Assembly: GCF_009914755.1 (NCBI RefSeq)
Contig: NC_060929.1
DNA length: 64,000 nt
Direction: 5' to 3' (one strand)
Origin: the human T2T-CHM13v2.0 reference genome, Homo sapiens
Under the pieces are notes generated by a model. The model did not search any database and was not told the DNA's origin. It saw only the letters and a program-made list of their open reading frames with translations. This document shows, in pieces, positions 1-13,049 of this stretch; the first letter of the stretch is position 1; every line of letters begins with the position of its first letter. Position numbers and translations under genes: made by a program.

Positions 1-1539
1 TGTATTTTAAATTCAACATAATTACAGGTCACTCAGATTAATTGATAGCTTGTTCAGACACTCAGCTTTGGTGTATGTTTTCCCCAGGGCTGGAAAATGA
101 ATCAACACAGAATACTGGAGTAGAGGGGATTGGTAGGCATTTGTTGGTGAGCAAGGCCCCTGGATGAGGATTGTGGCTTCAGTGACTAGTACCTGCACCT
201 ACCCCCTCCTTAAACCCTTTTTTGTTTATCTGTGGAGGAAACATTCATTCAGAATCAGAACCTTTGAGTTTTAGGGCCGGCAGGAGGTAAGGCTGGGGTA
301 GAGGCTACTCATGTGGAGATAAGCTAGAATAAGCCAAATTTTAAACCCAAATCGTGGTTCAGTGCTGGGAATTCAGTTCCTTTTTCTTCTGGAAATGTAT
401 AGACTGTCTGGAACGCTTTGGCTTGGCCTACCTGTTGTATAGTGTTTGTTGTGTACCCTTCGTACTCACAGTGAGTCCCAGGCAGGATTTCGTGGGTAAA
501 GTAGTACAGATGTTCTGAGGAGTTACAGTTTGTGCTGGGAGGCCTCACAGAGGCTTAACTTGTGTTCAGTTAATGTGGCAGCAAATGGAGTCACGTGAGC
601 CCTCAGTAGGCTGCCTCCAGCCAGCCTTATGAGGCTGAGGGACCTGAGACAGCAGTGTGGGCTAACATTCAGAAGAACAAAGGCGGATGCTCAGCTTTGA
701 GGTGTGTAGAGTTGACTTGGCTTGCTGCTTCCATCATGCTTGGTCTGTTTACAAAATCTCATAATGAAAACATTTCAGTGTCACGTTAAATTCTTGGGGG
801 AAAAGCCCACTGACTGCAGAGAAGCAGAGCTGTGAGGCTCTGTGTTTCCTGCTTAGACACCACTTCCCTGAAGGCTTGCGTTTCCTTTGGTTGTGGAGGT
901 GCTGGAACGACAAGCCTCCCAGTTCACTTCTTCCAAAGCAGAGTCTCCTCTTTCCATCAGAGAAGATTGGTTTGTTTCTTTGGTTTGGGCAGATAACTTC
1001 TAAATTACGTTGTAAAAACTTAAGGTAAAAACCCTTTTCTCCTTTAAAATATAGATTGATTATATGTAAATGTGATTTTATGTACTAATCAGTCACCAAA
1101 TATACTAGACAGAGAATGAATGGAGTCACTTTAGCTTTTCAAAGGAGTTTTTATAGCCAGTTGCATGCGTTGGAGCTGTCGCTATTGCTCTGTGCCTAGA
1201 TGGATACTCTGCCCAGAACTGCGAATTGTAGAGTACCACGTGTTTGCTATCTTGAGGTTTAACTAGCTGGGTGTTAAGTTCATGCTCTGCGCCATGGCAG
1301 TCTGCTCAGTGAGACTGCCATGCAGTGGGACTCAGCATAGCCCCTTTCCTTTAGGAGCCCAGCTGCTAATAGGAACACCGAGAAGTCTTTTGATATTTCC
1401 CCTGCAGTGCGATAAGGATTTGGGGTGTTGTGGGAGTGCATCTTGGCGGTGTCTAGTTGAGCAGTGGGGACTCCAGACTGGGGGCAGGTGAAGAAGAGGT
1501 GTGTGTTGGGGGCGGGGAGGGGAAGGCATGTGTATGGAG

Positions 1540-2050
1540 GTACAGTGGTGAGGGGGAGGTGTGGCTTCCCTGCAGGTAATTGCAGTTCCTGGAGTGAGCC
1601 TGGGGAGATGGTAATGGTGAACCAATGAGGTTGTGGAGGCAGCATACATCAGATCATGAGGGACTGTAGTTGCGGGCACCAAGAAACCATTGAAGAATTT
1701 TAGGGGAGTAAAATGATGAGATATTTGTTTGAGAAACATGCTAGGGAGAGTGGCAGAATGCATTCGAGGGAATTAAGAACATCTATTAGGAGATCGCTGG
1801 AATAGCACATGAGGGCAATGCTGGCAGAGACAGGGGTGCTTCATGGGACTGTGGAGTCCCTACAACTCCTTGTTTCATGGAGGTAGGGGATGGGAGAGAG
1901 GATGGAGGGCAGGGAGAAGCCTGGTTCCTGGTTTGGCCACGAGGTCGATGGTTTATGAGGCAGGTACTGTTCTGGGACCTACACTGTGGGGAGCAGGTTT
2001 GTGGGCATGAGCATGAGGCAGGGTTGGATGTTCAGGGGGGCATGGCTATC
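1540..2050 (+). mobile_element. Degenerate L2-like fragment
   Basis: Purine-rich segments resembling the L2 3' region (aagaaaccattgaagaattttagggg...atttgttt); by eye only. Confidence 0.4.
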
Positions 2051-3899
2051 CTATAGGCATGTGGGTGCCTCTTCTTCATGGCACTTCTTTGTTCCAGTGA
2101 TGGACAGTTTCCTACCTATCAGTCAAAACCCACTATAATAGCCCACCCCACCCCTGCTTTCTTCTCTTCCATGAATGTTTTGTGTTTTTGTTTGTCTACA
2201 TCTATTGATGCTGCTTGCTCTGGCTGGAGTGCTCTCTGTTTTCCAGTGTGCCCGGTTTTGGACTACTTCTTCCACACTTCGCACAGATCTTTTATTTGAT
2301 AGGACATCTTCTCCTATTCTCATCGCTCTGGCCCTGATTTTTCCATACCAAATATCTGTACCACAGAACTGACAACTCATATGTGTTGCTTTCTTTCCCA
2401 AACAGGCTAAGGTCAACAAAGGCTCTAGATTACACTTTGTATATGAGCACCCCCAACTCCATGCAGAGCTAGTCCATGTGCACTGAGAGAGGTTTTCAGA
2501 TAATTAGTTTATATCACTTCTCTGTGGTTGAGAGCCCCTCTGGCCCCAGTTCCTTATGTAGTAATCAAAAAGACAATAGAGGAAAAGGAGTAGAATTATA
2601 GCTTTATTTTCTGAAGCCTTTTACAGAATATGATTTTCTTTTGCATTAAAACACATGGGATAATTGAGTTTTTTCTTTTTCTTTGTCTGAAGAAGAGTAA
2701 GAGTGTTAAAATTCGTGAGCAGATTGATACAATGATTGAATAGGGTTTCTTTTAGCACTCAACCTTCTTGATCTGATGTGTATCAAACCACTTGATATGA
2801 TGATCAAATTGTAGTAGTTTTGTCCCTCTGGTTCATTTGATACACACTAAATTTCTAAATGACTTTCCTGAGACACTCCGGTAAAGCAAGTCTTTGGGGC
2901 AGGACAGCATCACAGAACCCTATATGTGCATGTATGTGTGTGTGTATGGGTAAGGGGATGTATATATGTAGATAAGGGTGGGGTAACTCCAGTTCCAGAA
3001 TACAGCCTCAGAGGCATCCCTGACAGGCTTTACAGGGACATGCACAGACAGGTAGACGAATGTGTTCTTTATTCTGGCATTAGGCAAACAGGATCAGTTT
3101 TCTCTGTGCATAGCTCTGTGCTTGTCCCTGGGGATCCAAACATGAACGGCACACCTGGGCACATGGTTTCTTTTTTGACTTATGAGACTGTAAGAAATAG
3201 AGTCCCTTTATAATACTACTACTTCTTGACTATCAAAATATTCCCTTCCATTGGTCTGTGATGCTTTTAAATTAACTTCCATTGCACAATTAATACATAA
3301 TTAAAACATCAAACCTTAAGAGTTCTACAGATTGCTTCATTTACATTAAAAATATATATATTTGTTTAAACTTTTTTTTGTTGTGGTCTTTTTGATTATT
3401 TTGGTTTTCTTTTGTATTTTATATTAAAAAATAGAACTATTTTAAGTTGAAATTTCTTTAACTCCCTTGAATTAATAAAAAATAAACTACTTTCTTTCTT
3501 TGAGGTATGCTGTTATAGGCTGTTGCTTCTAAAATTATGTGAAGGGGTAAATTAGCCAGTCCAACAGTTATAACCATAAAGGTTATAGGTAAAAATTGTA
3601 ATGCTGTATTATGAAACCCGTCCATATTCTTGTGTGGTCTTGTCTGTGAACATGTCCATAAGTCTTAATTCATTTTATATGCATTTTATAAGTGTGGATT
3701 TTGATATATTTATGTTAAAAAAATAATATAAGCATTGTATTATGTTTTGATTTTTTTTTTTTACATATTAGAAAAAGTGAGGGTTATAACCTTGTGTCTT
3801 CCCCCCACCCTTTAACATGTTCATTAGGGGATCTAGGCTTGTTAAAATGCCTCCTTCCTATGCATCACTTCTAGATGCGTGCACAGCTAAAACCCTTGA

Positions 3900-4140
3900 T
3901 AGCACAAACATCGGGCAGCCACGTGCGGCCGCTCCCTGTGCTGAGAGTATAATCCTGCGGGCTCCGCAGAGAAGTGGCCGGCCCGGAGAGGGTGACGTCA
4001 CCTCCCTCTGCGCGTGCGCTTGCGGAGCGAGGGCGGTGCCTGCCAAACTGATGCAGATTTATCACTCTTCTCTTTGTGTGCAGGCGTGCGCGCGCGAAGT
4101 TTCCCCCAAAGTAACTAATGAGTAAAATTCGGTAATTACC
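3900..4140. promoter_or_regulatory. Small CpG-rich element with E-box, CRE, NRF1-like and E2F-like motifs (candidate intronic promoter or enhancer)
   Basis: CACGTG 3920-3925, GCGGCCGC 3925-3932, GGCCGGCC 3976-3983, GGTGACGTCACC 3991-4002, TGCGCGTGCGCT 4009-4020, GCGTGCGCGCGCG 4084-4096; flanks are very AT-rich and CpG-poor. Confidence 0.75.
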
Positions 4141-5252
4141 ACTAAGACCCAGTACTTATAGGAAGCTCCAGTTTACTATTTAACCTTCTTTTTCTGGTTG
4201 TTTAAAAATACTGGCTGATTTATTAACATTTTTGTTACTGCTGCAACCTGTGTTTTGTTAAGTATGTAGGATTCTTTTTTTTTTTTTTTTCCCAATCTCT
4301 TCCCGCAGATTATTTTCCCATTTAGTAAACACTAACTCGGAATAGCTGACAGGCAAATGAAACCCCTGAGAATGGGTGAGGAGCACAGCTTGTCTTGTGG
4401 GCTTGGCTGCTTTTAAAGGAGGAGACACAGCCAGTTTAGAATCGCATCAGTTAATTTTGTTCAACAGCTCAAATGGTCAAGGAATAACTGTGTTTCTTCT
4501 AACAGTTTTTACTGGAAAACTCATTTGACTAGTTTAATTTGAAGATTAGGTAAAATTTCAGATTACTAGTATCTGCCAGTAGTCCTGGGAGAAATACAGG
4601 ATTAAAAAAATAATAAAACCTATGTTTTACTTAAAAAATTTTAAAATTTGATTCATTTGATTCATCTTTCTGCCAGTTATGTAAAAATACCATTTTTAAC
4701 ATAATATGCTATATAAAAGCTTTTGCTCATTGTGAAAATATTTCTAGGGTGCTTTTTATTATAAATAAATCGGAGAGGGGCTTGTTGTTCCTGGACTATT
4801 TGTTATTGTTGTCTTAAATTTAATGCCACAGAAGTGACCAAGTGAGCGAGCATTCTGGTCATCAGTGACTAGCTTAGAAAGGTATTTGTCTCAGTGCAGC
4901 ATCTCTTTGCAGGGTTTCAGGATGACAGATGAGTAATTGATTTGGTCAGTGGGGTATTAGATAGTTGAAGTTCCAGACTGTTGATTCAGTGGAAAGATAT
5001 TTCACTGTTGAATGATAACTTGCAGAATATTCCTTGTTAGGGCAGAGAGATTAATTTTCCATCTTATGAATATAAATCATACTATGATTGAAGGCTAAAC
5101 TACCTAACATTTCACAAAACAAAAATAGAAAGTACTAAGGAATTTTGGGGTTCTTGGGTAGGGGTTCAGGGTCAAGATGCTGTGGAAATATATTTATTTG
5201 TTGGTTGAGTTCATTGATTGATTGATTCATTCATTCATCCATCCATCTTTCT

Positions 5253-5513
5253 TTTCCTTTTCTTTTTTTTTGGAGACAGAGTCTCGCTCTGCCGTCCAGG
5301 TAAGCAGTGGCATGATCTCGGCTCACTGCACCCTTCGCCTCCTGGGTCCAAGTGATTCTTCTTTCTCAGCCTCCCGAGTAGCTGGGACTACAGGTGTGCA
5401 CCACTGCTCCTGGCTAATATTTTTTCGTATTTTAGTAGAGATGGGGTTTCACCATTCTGCCCAGGCTGGCCTCAAACTCCTGAGTTCAGGCAATCTGCCT
5501 GCCTCGGCCTCCC
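5253..5513 (-). mobile_element. Alu (S-type), 5'-truncated, antisense to TRIO
   Basis: T-rich tail then gagacagagtctcgctct...gcctcggcctccc; 13-bp TSD catccatctttct at 5240-5252 and 5518-5530. Confidence 0.93.
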
Positions 5514-8500
5514 CCTTCATCCATCTTTCTACCCAGCCAACCCACATCTGATGAATGCCCTTTGCCTGGCCCTATCTTAGGTATCTAGGATACAGCAGGG
5601 AGCAAAACAGACATGTCCTCTGGCAAATTGGCTGATCTAGAGAAAAAGAGGCAACTATTCATTTGATGAACAGTATAATGTTTATTATTAAGGAATAGAA
5701 GTGATTTGGGGATGCAGATTTAACATTTATGCTCACACTGACATGCTGTCGAACCAAACAGTAATTTAAAAGGTGGTAACAGAATTAATTTTGGCAAGTA
5801 GTATGCTGAAACTTGTAGTTATTTTAAAATGAGTATGTTAAAATCTCTAAACATTCCAATTTGTTTTAGGGAAAGGCAGTTTTTTGTGTGTTGGCTTGAA
5901 ACCAGAAAGAAAATCATCAAGCACCACCTATATATATTTATATTTAGTTAACAACTATAAAATCTGATTTTTTAACCTAAGCCTGTTTTCCTCAGTAGCA
6001 TTCAACAAATATTAGTGTAAACATTCTGAACATAGTCATTGTAGACTTGGTTCAGAAGCATATTTGTTGCCTGCCTTTAAGGACTCCCCTGGGAAACATC
6101 TTCTGCACCTAGAGATAAGCCTCGACTGACTCCATTCTTGCTGTTTCACTGTTTCCTGAAGCTAGCTTTTCATTAGAGTCCATAATGGTTGCTGTATTTC
6201 AGATAGTAGCAAAATATGCCTCAAACTGTGACGGAATCCAGTCTGTCTTTTCTGCACAGTTAATATGGGCTCTATATAACTTAAAAATTATATAATTCAA
6301 AAAGTGGGTACAACTAAATGTCCCCCAATTTGGGCCATTTACCCTCTGGTTATCTCCTCTCAAGTTGCTCTTCTTTGTCTAGGCTTTCTGTTAATCCTAA
6401 TTTTACCAAATTTCTCTTTGTGGCACCCCCTTCCACCTATTTAAGTAGCATTGACAAACCCCCCTGGTGGCACTGAGAAGTAGAAATGTTGCTGACGCCT
6501 GGTCTTTGGTACAAAGATAAGGTCTGGGATCCTATCAGGGCCTCTGTGCGGTGGTATTTGCTGTTCCTGAACCTCTCTGTGATGGTGAGAAGTATGTGCT
6601 TCCAGGGGGCGGCCACCGAGGGCAGCCTGTATTTGCTGCTGTTCAGTAAGTTTGAGAACCACAGTTAGATCCTTTAATGCATGAATGAAGAAAGTATTAG
6701 GAGTTGAGTCTTATCTGCTGTGTAATCTAGAATCTGTGGAATAGCAGAGAAGCCACTTATTTTTAATTTTTTAGAACGTTTTTATAGTTCCACACTGTTT
6801 TCCTAAATAGCTCTTCAGGGCATGGAACACAGCCTGCCTTTTTGATCTGAGGAACTTTCATGGTTGGGTTCTTCCTGCTTTTTATTGAAAGTTACATATG
6901 ATATATTTAATCTGGTTTTAGTATTTATACATGCTTCCTGAGTTCTTTGCTTATTGGTTTTTTTTTTAAATGGAAATGAGATCTAAAATAATACCTAAGT
7001 GACCAGTCACCACAATAACGACAAACTCAAGTTTCTTTGTGTGGTTAGTTTTATATTTTTGCCCTTTTTATATTTTCTGTTTTTGAAGTATTAATTGATG
7101 GTTTAAATAAAAGTAACTCTTTTTCAGTGACAATCTACAAAAATATAGTTAAACTGGTTAGAATTTATATTCTGGTCTATGCGTGGGCATGTACCTACAT
7201 CGCAATAAAAGTGAAGCACCTTTTCACATAAGTTTCTCATTAATTCATGTACTTTTCTTCCTCTAGAAAGACTGAGTCTTCCTTAATTTGGGGGGAAACT
7301 GAGGGACCAATAGGTTAACATAACTACAGCTCTGAGAAATGAAAGGTCACATGAGAGGGAGTCCATGACTCATAGTGGGACATAGGAAATTGAGACATTT
7401 ATTGAGTTCTGTTTTCTGCACCCTACTTTCAAATCAATATGCTATTCCTCCTGTGAGATGGCCTGGAATATGACAGCCCTCACTTCCATCTTCCACTCCA
7501 TTGTGGGTATCAGTAAATAGGTGTGATTCAGAAAGTTAGCAGTAATTGTCAAAAATGCTTTGGAATGATGACTCAGGTCACACAGCTCTCTATTGGGATA
7601 TCAGCATTGGGATCAGGACATTCTTCTTGGTGATGGCTGTGTGACTCACAAGTGGGGCTCTGTCTCTCTAGTGTCGGAGCCAGGGCTGCAGTTGGTGGTG
7701 ACATTTCTCTGTCTGAGGGCTTTGCTGTGTCCTGGCCATGACGTGTGGGTGTGGACGTGGGAATGGTAGGAAGCATGCGTTTTCTCATCTGAGCAACAGA
7801 AGGGGGAATCCTCCCTTCAAACAGATAGGGATCTACAGCTGTCGCTTACTCCTTCCTAGTATTTGTCTATCATGTGATCTGTCCCCTCCTCATTTGCCTG
7901 GGTCCCATAGCACTTCGTGCTGCCTATGAACATTTCATAATCTGCCTTGTTTTATAGGTGTTTGTCAGCTTGTCTCTTTGAGGGTCGCTGGGGAGCCTTA
8001 GTCCTCTTTGCCTTGCAGTTGCCCCCGTGCCATCTGTGTCCACGGCAGCCACGGCAGATGAAGTCAGTCTTTGTAGACACATTCAGTGAGTTACGGTGAC
8101 TGGCAGTGAATTGCTGACTAGATTGCATCCATTCAAGAGTTTTGAAGGAACCTGAGGATGAAATTGCAGAACTCTTGGCTCAGATGTTTTGCCTTTTATA
8201 AATAGCCACTGTTTTCAAAGCTTGGTGGGTTGCCAGCACAAAGCATGGTGCATTGGAAAGGAAAATGGCCTGGTGCTGTGGAGGCCCCAGCTCGGTCAAA
8301 TCTACCCATAACTGGCTGAATAGTTCCACGCAGCCTTCCTAGGACCTCATGGTCCTCAGCCGGATGTGTTTGCTGTGAAGTCTGTGGTAATTGTCAGTGT
8401 CATAGTTAAATCTCATTAAACTGGGTTCATTATACACGTGGACGTATTCTATGGACAGGAGCGATTTACATTAAGAAATCAGATCACACCGCTGATTTAT

Positions 8501-10016
8501 TCATTCTTTGTTTCTATGAATGATAATGTTGTAGAGACTGAATTCTGCTATATTCCTCCCGAAGATGTTGATTTTGTTGCTGCTTGTTTGCCTGCTTTAG
8601 CAGGCATGTAATTTGGCCTGACCCACACTACACATTCTCTGTGTTTGCAGTGGGCAGCAACTCAAATTTTGATGTAGATCTTTAATCCTTAGCAGGGCTG
8701 CTTGGAATTCACCTGGTTTTTGTTTTAAAAGCTCCACATTGCTTAGATGGGGCCCTGCCCTCAGGCTAACAGCCCTAATGATGGGTTGTGTACCCAGGGT
8801 CATTTCCTTTTCCAGGTGTCTCTCCCAGCTTTTGTCATTCTCTAGTGCCTGGAGAGAGTCGTTTTTTATAAATGTTCCCTGTAGCAGGGCTTGCCCGGGA
8901 GTTGCTGCTCAGGACACCAAAAGTGAAATGTTCACTCCTTGACTTCAGTACTTTCCTTGCCTTCTAATTCCAAGTCTACATCTTGCTGTGGTTGTATTAC
9001 CATGCTAGCATTTGCGATGCTTTTCTTGTACTATTTTGGCAAAAACAAACACAAATGGGGGTGGGGAAGTGGTGTTTTGTTTTTTCCTAGAGATTGTTCT
9101 GCTAACAGTGTTAGTTACTAGTTTTGGTAGGCATCCCTGAACCTAGATGACCTCTGTTAGAGATCGCCGAGAGAAATATCCAGTTATTATGATGAGTATG
9201 GACATTTTGGACCCCAAATTCCCACGTAGGCATTCACCCTGGTGAGCTGGGCTAGATATTTTTGGGCTGCAAGAATTCCTTTTGCTTAGATGGATTTTGG
9301 CCTAAATTGCCTATTGCATGCTCCTTTTCTACAATATTCCCACTGGGCCTTCTAAGATATTGGGAGCAGGGGCAGAGTTGGTTTTTAGTGAGAAGAGGGA
9401 CCTTGGCCACCTCTGAAGCTGGAGTGGCACTGGGCCGTATGACCACATTAGCCATTGACATTCCTCCAGGGGGCATGACCCAGAAAGCCTGGAAGGAGAA
9501 AGCCAGGCCCCAGCTATTTATAATCCCCTCTCTCCGCCTTGCCACTGTGTATTTTTAACCAGACCCTGAAGTCTGATGGAATGAGGCATTGAGCTCCCCC
9601 TAGAGGTTTTAGGATGTCACAAGCAGCAATTTTTATAAAGCAGTGTTGCTGTTTTCTTTGTACCAGCAAAGATTTATGTACATTAATCTACATAAAAATT
9701 AAGATTTGGTAAATAATCTGGACTGATTTCATATCCTGTCTCCTTTTGGGACCAAGTTGTTATTGCTAGAAATGACTCAGAGCGAGCCTTTTGGGGACAT
9801 GAGCCTCTGGGTCTGTGTGCAAATCATTAAACATTAAAATAGAAGACAGTTTTGTGATCACAGACATGGAATTTAAATGTTGTGCTATGATCATGTTTCT
9901 TAAGTTGATTTAATGGATGTGGATAAAGCTGCTGTGTTGGCATTGGATAGAATGGTTAAGGAATTAACTGTCACTCTGGCAACCCAGTAATTTTATTTTC
10001 TCCTTCTGTATTTCAG

Positions 10017-10091
10017 GGTTTCGAAAAAACGATGAAATGAAAGCTATGGATGTTTTACCAATTTTGAAGGAAAAAGTTGCATACCTTTCAG
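10017..10091 (+). CDS. TRIO: TRIO coding exon 2 (75 nt, phase 1-1): (G)FRKNDEMKAMDVLPILKEKVAYLS(G)
   Basis: Polypyrimidine tract plus tttcag|GG acceptor; TCAG|gtaaag donor; in frame with the next exon. Too short for the ORF track. Confidence 0.96.
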
Positions 10092-12135
10092 GTAAAGTTT
10101 AACTTTCAACTCTGCTCTATCCAACTGCTCTGACACAATTTCAGAGTCTGACGTAATAAATGAACTCACCTGCCACAACATATAAAAACATTGGCATTTC
10201 TATGAATTTTGAATGGCTTTATTCTTGTAGCACTGTTTCTGAGAAATTAGTGCCCAAAGCATTTTCTTCCAGTTAGGAGGCACATGATAAGTTAGTTAGT
10301 GTTGGTGATGAAAATACATTTGTTTCTGCCATTCAACAAAAATTCAGCTGTTCTGCCCCAATCAGTTAAGTAAAAAAACTGATTTTAAAAATCCGATCAT
10401 TTCAACAAAGATGGTGGGAATGTGATGGTATGTAGATGGGTCCTGAATTTCTCACTTTTGTTTCTCGTACTCTGTACCTGCCTCTGTTGCCTTGTCTTTT
10501 GGGAGGCAAGGATGCCTGCTTCTCCTTGAGATCTGCTCCTTTGTGGCTCTCTGGTCATGGAGTAACTAGGACCCATGTCATGGACGATGAAGCCCTGGTG
10601 ATTTTACCAGCTGAGTCTGTTTCCCTGTAGACCCAGTCTTTGAGGCCCTGGCCCGCCCGCAGACAGACTCTGGGCCAGTCCCTTGGGCTTGGGGGCACCT
10701 AACTGCCCTCTCTTCTGCACATAGTCAGCGTTAGGCCGTTTTGGACTGTCTTCTTGGGGCCTCCCTCCCACATAAACAGAACAGCCCTTGGGTATTATAC
10801 CTTTTGGACCCCAGTTCACTTGTTACCAAACAAAGATTTGCAAGATTTTTCTGCTCTATCAGGAAGTACATCTGTAGATTGTCGTCACATGCTTTTAGAT
10901 GAATTTCCCTTGAGAATTTTTATCTTTCTTAAATAGGCATTCTGTGCTGATCTGTGTATCCTCTTGAACACATATCATTTTTAATATATAACACTGCTAG
11001 CTGCTTTTATAAGTTGTTCTGTCCTTTGGACATGTGATACTGCTATATATTTAAGATGCAGCTTCCTATGGTGTTTTTGCTAATCTTGTTTTGCTTCATG
11101 TTCAGTAATATTTCTTGGCCCCTGTTAATATGGTTTGATTTTGTGGGAGTAAATCTAATTCATTATGTATTTGGAAGGTTCACAGAAGAGTGTAAGGAGT
11201 TCATGAAAAGAAGGTGCTTTAAATTGTTGGAAATACATGGTGAAAAACAAATACTGGCTTACAATACACTGAGTTTTAAAAGTAGCATTTATTTGCTCTT
11301 CTCTAATCATTTACTGACAAACTGCATTGTAAGGACTCATGCCAGCTTTGCGAACCCCTGATTTTGTAGTTTACAAACAGAGTAATTGAAAGACTCTACT
11401 TATAAAAATTAGAGGTATCTGTAAGGAAGGCTTAAAGCTGAGTTCATGTGTTTATCAGTTTTTTATTTTTAAAGTCTGGGTCTGTGATAACAGCACCTGC
11501 TCCCCCAACCCCTCTTGTGTTTCTGAACGTTTTGTTCCATTTTCTTCTTTCATTAGTACGTGGAGATGGACATGTGAAGAAAGGTGGAAGGTTAAGATTG
11601 GTGGGTTTTATTTGTATTCATGCTTTTATTAGGCAGTTAATACAGAATATATTATCGGCTGACATTTTTATATAGTTTACAGTCAACACTAAAACTGTTT
11701 ACCTTTTAATCAAAGAAACAAAATCGGCAGTCTTTCAGAGTTTGTCTTAAATGTTTAATAAATACTTAAATTCTGCAGGGTTACATAAAGTTGGATATCT
11801 TTGGTGGGGTGGGAAGTTTTGCTTTTACCACAGATTAGTAGGAACTGTTTAAGATATTAGCGATGGTAGAGCTTCCAGCAGTCTTAGCAAAATGACGTTA
11901 GTAGGTGTCACCTCACTTTTACAGTATTCCTAATTTATGACCAGAACTGGCAAAGCTGATTAGCATGAGCTCATTGCTCTTTGTTTTAGGCTTATCGTTA
12001 TCTCCTTTAGGAGGGAAAAAAACCATAAAATTAAGTAGAAATTGACTACTTGTGTTGTATTACATTTTTTGAAAATTACAAAGAATGAGTAAACTTTACA
12101 AAATAAAATTTATCTCTAACTCATTTTTTTGTTTC

Positions 12136-12326
12136 TTTTTTATTGAAATCTAATTCACATACTCTAAAATCCACCTTTTTAAAACGTGTGATTCAGTGGA
12201 TTTTAGTGTATCACCAGGTTGTGCAACTGTTACCACTAATTCCAGAACCTTTTCATCACCTCCCAGGAACCCCATATCCACCCCCAAGCCCCCAGCACTG
12301 GCAATCACTAATTTACTTTCTGCTCT
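12136..12326 (-). mobile_element. L1M (MA/MB-like) 3'-end fragment
   Basis: aattcacata...ttcagtggattttagt...ttccagaaccttttcatcacc...ctggcaatcactaatttactttctg is typical of a reversed L1M 3' UTR. Confidence 0.7.
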
Positions 12327-12675
12327 GACCCCATTTTAAAAAATATTAGGGAATATTATGATACCTTTGTAAAAGCTGTCCATGTGAATGGCTTTTAATA
12401 GTTAAATCTAAATAAAATGGCAGGAGCTTTGTAAAAGTAGGCCAAAAGATGAGTGATTTTAAAAGATACTTATTAGGTCAAGATCTCTAAAAACCCAGTG
12501 ATAAACCCCGTGATAATTTCTTGAACTTGAATATTTCCGATCCTTAGCGCCTAGGTCTTCTAAAAAGTAATGCTGATTGCACTTAAGTAAGATAGAATGT
12601 ACTACTTCCTTCATTTAGGATGAACTCAGTGAGGTTAAATGTCTTACTGACTTTGTGTTTGAAGTCAGAGGACGG

Positions 12676-12893
12676 TGCTGTGGTTTGATGGATCACCTCC
12701 AAAATTCAGATGTTGCCAGTGTGATGCTATTAAGAGGTGGGACCTTTAAGAGGCAATTAGGCCATGAGGGCTCCTCCCTTGTGTGGGATTAAGGCCCTTA
12801 TAAAGAGGCTTTACCCTTGCCCTTCAGCCATATGAGGACGCAGCATTCCTCTTCTGCCCATGGAGGATGCAGCCCTCACAAGACTACCAAACC
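12676..12893 (+). mobile_element. ERVL-MaLR LTR fragment (MSTC/MSTD-like)
   Basis: Starts tgctgtggtttga; contains aagaggtgggacctttaagagg...attaggccatgagggctc, characteristic of MST LTRs. Confidence 0.75.
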
Positions 12894-13049
12894 TCGTAAA
12901 AATGCCCTGTAGTTTATATTTAATGGAGTTTGCGCCTAATGGCATCTTACATATAATGTCAACTATTAGTGTGGTTCCTATGCCACTAGGGTTTGAGCCT
13001 TAGAAAATCTCACACGACAACCACCAGAATTAAGAACGCATTCTTTTTT

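Noticed and set aside
1480-1565. G-rich stretch as a G-quadruplex
   Set aside because: Only three closely spaced runs of 3 or more G; the fourth needs a long loop, and the stretch borders an old repeat.
3817-4125. 102-aa ORF over the CpG-rich element
   Set aside because: High GC content explains the lack of stops and the protein is not recognisable; the regulatory reading is more parsimonious.
6459-6630. CTCF-like GC-rich words (ccccctggtggca, ccagggggcggcc)
   Set aside because: Each misses key core positions, and the segment may be a MER5-type relic (it ends aagtttgagaaccac); too weak to call.
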